Shown piece by piece: positions 35,606-44,540 of a stretch of 51,811 bases of DNA. Each line of letters opens with the position of its first letter. The stretch's first letter is position 1. Source of the stretch: Eubacteriales bacterium (GTDB lineage Bacteria > Bacillota > Clostridia > Oscillospirales > CAG-382); the NCBI GenBank assembly GCA_045532495.1, contig JAZSGA010000040.1, forward strand, positions 1-51,811, read 5' to 3'. The position numbers were made by a program, and so were the translations under genes. The notes under the pieces are model-generated. The model did no database searches. It was not told the DNA's origin and saw nothing but the letters and a program-made list of their open reading frames with translations.

Positions 35606-38600
35606 TCATTCTGCTGTAATAACAACCTTTGTTACGGAACCTGTATTTGTTTCATAAGCAACAGGACGGTTTACATACTGAGGAATTGTTGTTTCAACAG
35701 TATTGCCGTTTTCATCCACATAGGATGCCTTTATATCCACATACGCAGAAAGGTGAGTATGTCCGCAGAACACACCTCTTACAACGTCTGCATTTTTGGT
35801 GATAAGATTGTAAACTGCTTTGGTTGCTTCATCGGCATTTACACCCCAGTGAACTCTGCCTTCGCCAAACCAGAAGTTGTTGGTATCAGCGCTGTCGTAG
35901 GAAATAACCTCGGTTGCTGTGGTATCGCCGGAGTTGATGGGCTCGTGTTCGAAAATAAGAACAATGTAGCCGTTTTCACGAGCTTTTTCTATATCAGCCG
36001 CAAGCTTATCAACCTGTTCGGGCCAGAATCTTGTGCAGCCGTTATCAAGCTGGATGCACATTACGCTGTCGTTTACGATTCTTGATGCGTAGTAGATATT
36101 GTGAGGCCAGTATTCCTGAAGCAGCGCCTGACGCTCGGCAAGAGGAGTTTTATCGCCAAGACCTGTTTCCATGTTTCTGGTTACATCGTGTCCGCCAAGT
36201 GCATAAAGACCTGTGGGATGCTTTTGGAATATGTGTTCATCAAGGGCATCCAGAGCACCGTAGGAAAGGTAGTCGATAATATCACCCGTTACAACAAGCT
36301 GATCGTACTTATCTGCAAGATCTGCGGATCTTGAGAAGGCACCGATGGTAAGACCGTTGCGCAACCATGTACGTGTGTAATAGGTAAGCTGAACTTCGGG
36401 ATAGTATTTATCCTTTTCGTTGAGAAGGTTGATATGGGTATCGGTAAGAATACCAACTGTGGTTTCCTTCTTTGCACCGGGAATATGAATCTCGCGGATG
36501 GTGATACCGTCGGAATTCTTATAGAACACTTCGCCCTTGGCAAACTGTTCTTCTGTTGCCGCTTCATAGCTTTCGGGGGCATTTTTGTATGCCACAATGC
36601 TTACGGGTGCATCGGCAATATCTGCCGCTGTATCCTTAATACCTGTAAGAACTTCCTTTGCGGTATCGTCAAGGGCTGTATCACGGTCAAGAGCAAATGC
36701 CGCCACTGCGTATACGCTGGTAGCGTAGCTATCGCCGTAAACTGTTCTTGTAACACCGTTTTTGTCGGTATAGCTGATATAAGGACGAACAGTGTATCTT
36801 CTTGTAAGATTTGCATCGGAAATGCCTGTCACAACAGCGGTAAAGGTTACGGAGTTATCGTCTTCCCTGTAGGTATTTACAGCCTTTACATCTGCCGCAA
36901 CATAGTTGCCGTATGTTTGTCCGAGAACAAGCTCGCCTTCACCGACAAAGTTTTCGGGGAAGAGCACCGCGCCGTACTTAACATTGTCACCGCCGATCTG
37001 TGTAATTCCAAGCATATCAAGGAATTCCTTGTCCGCCTTGGATACAAATCTCAGGCCCTGTTTTACTGTATCGGAAGCCAAACGGATCTGTGCACCGAGT
37101 ACGGAAAGGTCGCCGCCAACGGATTTATCAAAGTTTTCATATTTTGCATAAAGCTTTTCGCCGGTTGCAAGGCTGTTTTCGTTTGCTGCCCAGCTTGTAC
37201 CTTCGGCATCCTTGGACCAGCCCATAAATACGCCGTCATTTGAAATGTTGCCGTCAAGCTCGGAAACCGTGATCTCGATATCCTCGTTTGCTGTAAGAAC
37301 ATCGTCCTTAATTTCGTAAGGAAGAAGGTTCACATAGGTTACTGTCCATGTACCTGCAGGAACAGTGAGCATACCGTTTGCGGAATATACAACAGAGTCG
37401 CCGCTTACAGCCTTGGCATACTTGCCGCCGTTAACCTTGAAGGTACCTGCTGTGTTTGTAACATCCAGCGAGCAGCCTTCGGTTGCTGCGGAGTTCATAT
37501 ACCAGTTGCCGAGTTTACCTGTTACAGCAGATGTGTTTGTAGCGATGGATGTGCCGTTGTTGCAGATTATCTGCACAGCCTCTGCTGTGGTATATGCGGG
37601 AGTCTTTGCATCCTTGATGGTTGTGATGGAACCGGAATTGAGCACAATGCTGAGTATGTTGTGGTTTGTAACAGCAGCGCTTCCGACGGAGATTGAGGAG
37701 ATCTTTGCACCGTTAACAACTATAGTCTGGGGACCTGATACTGTGTATGTGCCGTCCCACGCACTCATCGCAATGTTTCCGGTGTATTTTTCGCCAACCG
37801 TAAGAACACCTGCATGTTTGATGCTTGTGCGTCCCACGATATCAAGTGTAAAGTTTGTAACAGGAGCACCGAGCGCCTTGTTAGCAACGCCGCCGGAGCC
37901 GTCGGCAAGGGCATTGGGTATTTCATAAACAGTTCCTTCGAAGGAAACAGGATATCCCCTTGTTACAAAGCTCTTACCGGTGTTGTAGCCTTCGATATAG
38001 GAAATGTTTTTGAACACAGAAGGACCATTGAGTTCAAGATGGTTTGCACCGCCGCAAAGTACGGAATCCGCAGCGTCACCCTCATAGGTAATGGTACCTG
38101 TGTGAGCAGGAGCATCGTAGAACAGAACATCCTGGGTGATCTGATCTATGGTAAGCTTATCGGGGCCGTAAACATACTTGCCGTTTACGGATGCGCTGTA
38201 TCTTGTGTAAACAGCGTATTCGGGATTGCCCTCGGAATCACGGCCGTCAAGCACGATAACTTTACCGTCGTTGGAAAGGCCTATGCTGTAAACAGCCGCT
38301 TTTATTGTTTTTAATGCGGTTTTGGCGGTAAGACCGTCGTTATCATCGGAACCGTAGCGGTTGGAAACGTAAACTGTCTTGTATTCGCCGGAGGAAGCGG
38401 ATGTGGATGCGGTAATTGTACCTGCACCGTCATCGATCCAGCTTATGGCATCCTCGGGAAGTGTAAGATGAGTGGAAGGATCAAAACCTGCAATGGGCTT
38501 TGATGCGTTGCCATTGTGGTTATAACCCTTTTCGCAGGCAATATCCACCTGGTAAACGCCACCTTCGCCGATGGTCAAAATATAGCCGGTATTTGCGTTG

Positions 38601-41600
38601 GAGTAATAAGCCGTGTAGCCATCCTCGGTTACGGTATATGCAATATAGGTTGTGTGACCAGCACCAAAATTATATGCTGTGCCGGAGTATGTTTTTACTT
38701 TGCCAAATGCTGTGGGTGTCATTGCAAAGGCTTCGCCTGTGCTCGCCTTCATAATGGGAGTTTTAACTGTGATGTTTTTGCCGGAAACCGCAATGCCTGC
38801 AAGGGCTGCAGGAACATCAATGCTGTGACCTGTAACCACCATGAGGTTTTCTGTGGTTGTGCCGTTGGCTGTTATTGTGCCGTATGCGGAAGCGGTGGGA
38901 ACATCGATAGTGATGCTTTCTGCCGCCGTGGGAAGTGTAAGAGCAGCAACATTGCCGCCTGCTATATCCACAGTTGCGGTTGCACCTTCTGCCACGATTA
39001 CAGAGGAAACATCCGTATCAATGATGGCAAGACCGTTTTTAACGGTAACTGCGCCGCCAAAGCCTTCGCCAAAGGTAATTTCCATGCCGTTATCAACGGT
39101 AACATCTCCGATGATATCGTAGTTTATATCCACCTTGGAAACGGTGGTGAGGTTTGCAATGGCACCTGTGCCGTCAAGGGATACAAATTTTGCGGTAAGT
39201 TCGGGGTAATATGCCGCATATGTTCCTTCGGTTACATTGCCGGAGATGTCAAAGGTGATCTCAGCGTTGTTCTTTGCAATTTCATATGCCTTTGCAAGGG
39301 TTTTAACGGGATAATCTGCGGAAAGACCTGTGTTTGCATCGTCGCCATTTTCGGATACAAATACCATAACGGGCTGTGCAAGTTCTTCGGCAGGATCGTA
39401 GTTTGTGAATATTACATCACTGATGTAAAGTGTATCGCCTGCTTCAAGGTGTTTGCCGTTGAGGAATGCAAACTTGTACTGTGCAAGATAGCCTGCATCG
39501 CCAAAGGCGTTGTTTTTGTAGAGAGCATTGTTCCACATATCAATGGTGATAGTGGACCACTTGTTGGCCACATAAGCATCACGGGAGGATGCGTTTATGG
39601 CGCCGTTCCAGCTGCCGCCTTCAAGCTTGCCCTGAGTCCAAATAACCTTTCCGCCCACAAGGGGAGCTGTTCCGCCGCTTGCGGGAGCATAGTAATAGCG
39701 GAAAGAAATATATCTTGCTGTGGAAACGCTTACTTTGTTTCCGTCTTCGTCAAGAATAGCGGAGTATTTGTAGAACAGAGGATTTGCTTTTGTAGTTGTA
39801 GCCTCGGGTGCACGGGTAACTTTTCTTACTGTCTGACCCTGGAAAGTGATATTTTCACTTACGTATTCGTTGTTGGTGTTGGATTCAAAGTTGGCTCCTG
39901 CATCGGTTATCTTCATAACCTGCTTGATCTTGGGGAAAACCGAAGCATACTGGGTATCGGAAACCTTTGTCCATTGGAGGGCGTTTTTGTATTTTGCAGG
40001 AAGAACAGATCTTACAACTTCAAAATCGTTTGCCGCAGGATCTGTGTTGCTGAAATACAGTCTTCTTACGCCTTCGGGCAGATTAATTGTGTCTTCTGCA
40101 GAAATTTCGCCGCAGATAATACCAAAGGTATCATCAAAGGAGTAATAATACTTCATTTCGGTATCAACGCTGAATGTACCTGCCGTGTTTGTCACATCAA
40201 GCGTGCCGTTGTTGCCCACCACGGTAATGATCCACTGTTTATCAGCGGTAACATTGGACGGGATGGCAGGAGCAATTGTGCCGTTGTTGGCAATAACTGT
40301 AAGTCCGCCGTTCACAGTAACGGTATTCACAAGGCTTGTATGAGAGCCGGCAGTAACTGTACCCTTGTTTACAACGATGGAAAGACCGTTGTTGAAGGTT
40401 GCCGCCTTGCGTCCCCAGTTAAGACCAAGATTAAGGCTTGCGTGGTCAAAATAAAGCTTTGTGTGTTTGGTGAAGGTTGCACCGAAATCACCGGGGATTT
40501 CAAGACCGTAGGTGCCGCCTGTGGCATTTACCGCAGATTTTACGGTAATTGTACCGCCGGGGCCGTCCAGCGTGTTGTCCTTATCGCCAAGGAACACACG
40601 GAAGTGGCCCGAGACAAGTCCCGTAAGCTTTGTACCGCTGGCCTGAGAGTTATCGGAATCCATATAAAGGAATGTTACGTTGTCAAATTCGCAATCGTAA
40701 CCCCTTGTCATAAGCTCGCGGTCATATTTTCTTGCGGTAACGTATGTGATATCGCGGAGCACGGTGGGACCGCCGATATAAGCATAGGCGTTCATACCGA
40801 TGACAACGTGCTGTGCTATGTAAGCAGGGTTTTCCTTGTCATAGCTTGTAACAACAAGGGTTGCATCGTGGAAAGGAATCGAGGTGTGCTGATCGGTATA
40901 GGTGGAGTTTCTGCCCCATGCGGTGAATCTGCTTTCCACATTCTTAAGGTTTTTGTTATTGAAAATAAACTCGCCTGCAGCGGAATATTTCCAGAATTCG
41001 GGGTGTGCTTCGTTATAAGCCTCAAGGGAGGTGTGGGTATCATCGTTCATAACGTAAACGTTGATGATATCGCCCTTTATAAGCTCGCCCGTTGCATTGG
41101 AAGCTGCAACAGCATCCGCAAGAGTAGGCAGAGGAGATTCGGGAGTAAGACCGTCACCGGTGCCGCCCCACTTTATGTAATATGTCTGCTGCTTGGGGGT
41201 TCTGGGCTGATATTTTGCGGTGAGAACGCCTGCTGTTTCTTCAACCCAGCCTGCAAACTCCATGCCTTCTTCGGGGGCAGGAACGTTTTTGGATTCTGCT
41301 GCCTTGAGTGCATCAAGGCTTGCTGCCACATTCACGGTGTATGCGCCGTAAGCTGGAGCTGTAAATGTGCCGCCTGTGTAATAGTTGATGGTTTTGTTAT
41401 CATCGGATACTGTGTAGATAATGTTGCCGCCGGAAACAGCAAATACGCCTGCCTCGTCGGTAACGTCAACTGTTGCACCTGTACCTGCTGTGATAACATA
41501 TTTGTTTTCTTCGGTGGTGGCGTCGGTGGTAATAACGGCACCGTTGTTGAGCACTATCTGAAGCGCACCGCCAATGCTTGCGGCACCGCTGTTTTTAAGT

Positions 41601-43954
41601 GTTGTAAGAGTTGTGCCGTTGAGAACAACGTTTACGTTCTTTTCGAATGTATATGCAACGCCTGAAACGGGATAAGAAATTTCCAGTTCACCCAAAGTTC
41701 CTGCACCGAGAACGGCTGTCATATCGCCCGTTGCGGTGCACGCATTAACGGTAGTCTTAACGTCGGAATTGAGAACGATCTTATTGGAGATCTTTGAGGG
41801 AGTAAATGTTATTGTGCTGCCGGGCAGCTTGTTGTTGGGTACGCTGTAATGATAACCGGCATATATTACACCTGCCCAACCTCTGAATGTGTTGCTTATT
41901 GTATATGTGGTGGTGGTGCTTCCGTCCTCATTTGTAACAGCAGCTTTGGAAACCTTGCTTTGCTTTATAACAGAGTTTCCGGTAAATTCAACATCATTGC
42001 CGCACAAATAAAGTACCCAATAGTGGTTTGCACGGGGGTCAATAATACGGATGTTTTTAAATTCGGAAGGACCTGCGAGATTCATATGTCCGCCCTTATC
42101 GTTAAGCCAGCTCCAGTTGGAAGCAAAAACGATAGAGCTCAGGTTTTCGGCAGATTCGCCCTCGTAAATTATCTTTGCTTTGTGGGACTTTGCTGTGCTA
42201 TAGCTCAAAAAGCCTATGCCTGTGATCTCATCTTTTACGATGGTATCTGTGCCGTCGGCAGTTGTTATAACAGTTTCCCACTTTTCTCTTGTATCCTCGG
42301 AGGTTCTGAGAATATGCACTGTTGCTGTATCAATGGCGGTGAGCTTATCCACGTTGTTGATAAGGTCAATAACCTCGCCGATGGTGCCTGCGGGAGAAGC
42401 TTCGCTCTTACCGTCGCCGGTACCGCCGTACATAACGTAGTAATCCTTAAGGATAGCATCACGCTGTTTGAAGGTGGCAATAAGCTTTTCGCCGTCATCT
42501 GCCCATTTATCAAACACGGTAATACCGTCGGATGAACCTGCGGGAGTACCGAGCTTTGTTATCATTTCGGCCTTATCTGCCGCAGAGTAAACACCGTAAA
42601 CACCTGCGGGTACGGTAAGGATATTGCCCTCATCGTAATATACGGTGCCGTCTTCTGTTACGGCATAAACCATGCCGCCGTTATGAGTTATTGCAAACTC
42701 ACCTGCGGTTTCGGTAACATCGATGGAAACGCCGTCTTCCATGGAGGTGATTTCATAAACGGGTGCGTAAGTGTTGCCACCTGCAACGGATAAAGCCTGG
42801 GCAGTATAGCCTGCAGGGATAGCGGCGCCGTAGTTCTTTATAATCTGAACTGCACCGTTTACAACAGCGTAAACGCTGCCGCTGGCACCCTTGAACTTTG
42901 ATGTTACGGAAACACCCTTGCCAAGAACGATGTTCATATTGCCGGTAACGGTTTCTGTACCGCCGGAGCCGTTAAGATAAAGGTTCTTTAATGTGCCGGA
43001 GCCTATACGGAGTGTAACATCACCATCAAGCGTCTGCTTGGAACCTGCATCGGTGTAACCGGTCATGGAGATAAAATCGCCGATAATACTTGCGTTGTCA
43101 AGATAAACGTCCTGGTCACCGGAAACGGTTGAATTGCCTCTGGTCTGACCGAGGTAGAGATGGGTGGATGAAGGAGCAAACACTTTGCTTGATGTATCCA
43201 GGTCCATAAACTTTACGTTTTTGAAGGATACCGGATGGCCGCCCATGTAATTGTCGGTGCCGCCTGCGCTGGAGTTTCTCATATCAAGGAGATTGATATT
43301 TTCAAACTCGGAGGGGCCTGCAAGCAGGAAGTGTGAGGCGTTGCTGGATGAGCCCTGATAATTAACGTGACCGATAACGGATGTTACGTTTTCATCGTAG
43401 CTTGTGTATTTTATGGTAACTTTGTGCTTTGGCACCTGGTTTATACCGGTGTTATTATAGCCGATAACGCAATCGCTGTCGATAACTGTTTTTGCAGCTT
43501 CGCCGCTATCAATAACGTAAACAGTTACCTTGCCGCCTGCCTTGTGACCGTCGGCATTGATATTTTTAACGATATCAACTATGCTGCCTGCAGGAGCATC
43601 AACAGAGCGTCCGTCGCCGGTGCCGCCTTTTTTAACATAGTATTCGTAAATATCCTTCTGTTCGGGTTCCTTTATGGTGAAGCGAAGTGTTCCCATAAGC
43701 ACTTTGTACTGATCGGCAGCCCAATATTTTGCAATATAATCGCCGGGAGTTGTTGCCCATGCGGTTTTGCTGAAATTTGCAACGGATACCGTGCCGGATT
43801 CGCCCACAGTATAAGCATATGCCAGTTCGCCGTTGGTAGAACCGGTTCCATCGGGAGTGCTGGATGAATATATGGAGATAAAATCCTTTTCGGATGTGCT
43901 TCCTGTGAATGAGAAAGTTATGTCTTCCCCGTATTCAAATTCCGTTTTATCCAA
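35606..43954 (-). CDS. Giant multi-module exoprotein body (five beta-helix-type modules, C-terminal metallophosphoesterase domain)
   Basis: 2782-codon ORF. The listed TTG at 43954 is only the first canonical start codon; the frame stays open upstream to 44239. Five YY(V/I)..GG(T/S)GDG / GSDDNDG cap motifs are present. The C-terminal 285 aa carry the motifs DTH, GD, GGHD, EHEP and CGHTH. Confidence 0.85.
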   Translation of the reverse strand: MDKTEFEYGEDITFSFTGSTSEKDFISIYSSSTPDGTGSTNGELAYAYTVGESGTVSVANFSKTAWATTPGDYIAKYWAADQYKVLMGTLRFTIKEPEQKDIYEYYVKKGGTGDGRSVDAPAGSIVDIVKNINADGHKAGGKVTVYVIDSGEAAKTVIDSDCVIGYNNTGINQVPKHKVTIKYTSYDENVTSVIGHVNYQGSSSNASHFLLAGPSEFENINLLDMRNSSAGGTDNYMGGHPVSFKNVKFMDLDTSSKVFAPSSTHLYLGQTRGNSTVSGDQDVYLDNASIIGDFISMTGYTDAGSKQTLDGDVTLRIGSGTLKNLYLNGSGGTETVTGNMNIVLGKGVSVTSKFKGASGSVYAVVNGAVQIIKNYGAAIPAGYTAQALSVAGGNTYAPVYEITSMEDGVSIDVTETAGEFAITHNGGMVYAVTEDGTVYYDEGNILTVPAGVYGVYSAADKAEMITKLGTPAGSSDGITVFDKWADDGEKLIATFKQRDAILKDYYVMYGGTGDGKSEASPAGTIGEVIDLINNVDKLTAIDTATVHILRTSEDTREKWETVITTADGTDTIVKDEITGIGFLSYSTAKSHKAKIIYEGESAENLSSIVFASNWSWLNDKGGHMNLAGPSEFKNIRIIDPRANHYWVLYLCGNDVEFTGNSVIKQSKVSKAAVTNEDGSTTTTYTISNTFRGWAGVIYAGYHYSVPNNKLPGSTITFTPSKISNKIVLNSDVKTTVNACTATGDMTAVLGAGTLGELEISYPVSGVAYTFEKNVNVVLNGTTLTTLKNSGAASIGGALQIVLNNGAVITTDATTEENKYVITAGTGATVDVTDEAGVFAVSGGNIIYTVSDDNKTINYYTGGTFTAPAYGAYTVNVAASLDALKAAESKNVPAPEEGMEFAGWVEETAGVLTAKYQPRTPKQQTYYIKWGGTGDGLTPESPLPTLADAVAASNATGELIKGDIINVYVMNDDTHTSLEAYNEAHPEFWKYSAAGEFIFNNKNLKNVESRFTAWGRNSTYTDQHTSIPFHDATLVVTSYDKENPAYIAQHVVIGMNAYAYIGGPTVLRDITYVTARKYDRELMTRGYDCEFDNVTFLYMDSDNSQASGTKLTGLVSGHFRVFLGDKDNTLDGPGGTITVKSAVNATGGTYGLEIPGDFGATFTKHTKLYFDHASLNLGLNWGRKAATFNNGLSIVVNKGTVTAGSHTSLVNTVTVNGGLTVIANNGTIAPAIPSNVTADKQWIITVVGNNGTLDVTNTAGTFSVDTEMKYYYSFDDTFGIICGEISAEDTINLPEGVRRLYFSNTDPAANDFEVVRSVLPAKYKNALQWTKVSDTQYASVFPKIKQVMKITDAGANFESNTNNEYVSENITFQGQTVRKVTRAPEATTTKANPLFYKYSAILDEDGNKVSVSTARYISFRYYYAPASGGTAPLVGGKVIWTQGKLEGGSWNGAINASSRDAYVANKWSTITIDMWNNALYKNNAFGDAGYLAQYKFAFLNGKHLEAGDTLYISDVIFTNYDPAEELAQPVMVFVSENGDDANTGLSADYPVKTLAKAYEIAKNNAEITFDISGNVTEGTYAAYYPELTAKFVSLDGTGAIANLTTVSKVDINYDIIGDVTVDNGMEITFGEGFGGAVTVKNGLAIIDTDVSSVIVAEGATATVDIAGGNVAALTLPTAAESITIDVPTASAYGTITANGTTTENLMVVTGHSIDVPAALAGIAVSGKNITVKTPIMKASTGEAFAMTPTAFGKVKTYSGTAYNFGAGHTTYIAYTVTEDGYTAYYSNANTGYILTIGEGGVYQVDIACEKGYNHNGNASKPIAGFDPSTHLTLPEDAISWIDDGAGTITASTSASSGEYKTVYVSNRYGSDDNDGLTAKTALKTIKAAVYSIGLSNDGKVIVLDGRDSEGNPEYAVYTRYSASVNGKYVYGPDKLTIDQITQDVLFYDAPAHTGTITYEGDAADSVLCGGANHLELNGPSVFKNISYIEGYNTGKSFVTRGYPVSFEGTVYEIPNALADGSGGVANKALGAPVTNFTLDIVGRTSIKHAGVLTVGEKYTGNIAMSAWDGTYTVSGPQTIVVNGAKISSISVGSAAVTNHNILSIVLNSGSITTIKDAKTPAYTTAEAVQIICNNGTSIATNTSAVTGKLGNWYMNSAATEGCSLDVTNTAGTFKVNGGKYAKAVSGDSVVYSANGMLTVPAGTWTVTYVNLLPYEIKDDVLTANEDIEITVSELDGNISNDGVFMGWSKDAEGTSWAANENSLATGEKLYAKYENFDKSVGGDLSVLGAQIRLASDTVKQGLRFVSKADKEFLDMLGITQIGGDNVKYGAVLFPENFVGEGELVLGQTYGNYVAADVKAVNTYREDDNSVTFTAVVTGISDANLTRRYTVRPYISYTDKNGVTRTVYGDSYATSVYAVAAFALDRDTALDDTAKEVLTGIKDTAADIADAPVSIVAYKNAPESYEAATEEQFAKGEVFYKNSDGITIREIHIPGAKKETTVGILTDTHINLLNEKDKYYPEVQLTYYTRTWLRNGLTIGAFSRSADLADKYDQLVVTGDIIDYLSYGALDALDEHIFQKHPTGLYALGGHDVTRNMETGLGDKTPLAERQALLQEYWPHNIYYASRIVNDSVMCIQLDNGCTRFWPEQVDKLAADIEKARENGYIVLIFEHEPINSGDTTATEVISYDSADTNNFWFGEGRVHWGVNADEATKAVYNLITKNADVVRGVFCGHTHLSAYVDIKASYVDENGNTVETTIPQYVNRPVAYETNTGSVTKVVITAE

Positions 43955-44244
43955 GGATATTTTGGAAATTGTAAAATACTTGGTATCAAGAAGAACACTG
44001 TAATTATCTGCGCTCCAATACTTTGCGATATAATCGCCGGGAGTTGAAGCCCATGCGGTTGCGCTGAAATCCGTCAGGGATACAGATCCGGATTCGGGCT
44101 TTGTATATGCCCATGCAAGCTCGCCCGAGGCAGAGGTTGTTCCGTCGGGAGTGCTGATGGAATAGATCGATACAAAATCCTTTTCCGAAGCACTGTCGGA
44201 AAAGTTTATCGTAAATTCGCCGGGGAAAAAATGGTTTTGTCAAG
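43670..44244 (-). repeat. Tandem duplicated ~95-aa N-terminal domain of the giant protein
   Basis: Unit A spans roughly 44244-43955 and unit B 43954-43670. Both read LDKT.F..GE....F..S.SEKDF(V/I)SIYS.STPDG.....GELA.AYT...SG.VS...FS.TAW..TPGDYIAKYW.AD.Y.VL. Identical nucleotide runs include AACTCCCGGCGATTATAT. Confidence 0.7.
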
Positions 44245-44346
44245 CGATAATTTTCCGGTTGTGGCGCTTACCTGAAAACTGCATATCGACAGTATCATGG
44301 CAACAGCCAGAATTACGCTTGTAAGCTTTGAAAAGTTTCTTTTCAT
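44206..44346 (-). CDS. Signal-peptide exon of the giant protein, cut off by a frameshift
   Basis: The ATG at 44346 has an AAAGGAAAAA SD. It translates MKRNFSKLTSVILAVAMILSICSFQVSATTGKLSLDKTIFSPANLR*. The LSLDKT motif is the start of repeat unit A, which continues in the -1 frame. Confidence 0.7.
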   Translation of the reverse strand: MKRNFSKLTSVILAVAMILSICSFQVSATTGKLSLDKTIFSPANLR

Positions 44347-44401
44347 AACTTTTTCCTTTCTTTTAATAATAATGGGTATACTACACCATTATGATAAATA
44401 C

Positions 44402-44430
44402 ATTATATATTACACATTCCGCTTTGTCAA
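44402..44430 (-). promoter_or_regulatory. Consensus sigma-A promoter of the giant exoprotein gene
   Basis: On the minus strand: TTGACA (44430-44425), 17-nt spacer, TATAAT (44407-44402). Confidence 0.6.
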
Positions 44431-44456
44431 CTATAAAAAGACGATTATATACACAG

Positions 44457-44485
44457 TTGACAACAAAAAAATATGGTGTTATAAT
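44457..44485 (+). promoter_or_regulatory. Consensus sigma-A promoter of comM/yifB
   Basis: TTGACA (44457-44462), 17-nt spacer, TATAAT (44480-44485). Confidence 0.55.
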
Positions 44486-44540
44486 TGAAATGGCTTTTTG
44501 TTAAATATCTACCTTTTTTATAAAAATCAAGGAGTTTTTT

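Noticed and set aside
38516-41665. 1049-aa ORF on the plus strand, inside the giant gene
   Set aside because: It is antisense to a far longer ORF with clear domain content. Its translation is Cys/Gly/Val/Phe-rich low complexity with no SD or recognisable motif. This is a mirror-frame artefact of the codon bias of the minus-strand gene.
44004-44243. 79-aa minus-strand ORF MTKPFFPRRIYDKL...
   Set aside because: It is the third frame across repeat unit A of the giant protein. The frame that aligns with repeat unit B is a different one.
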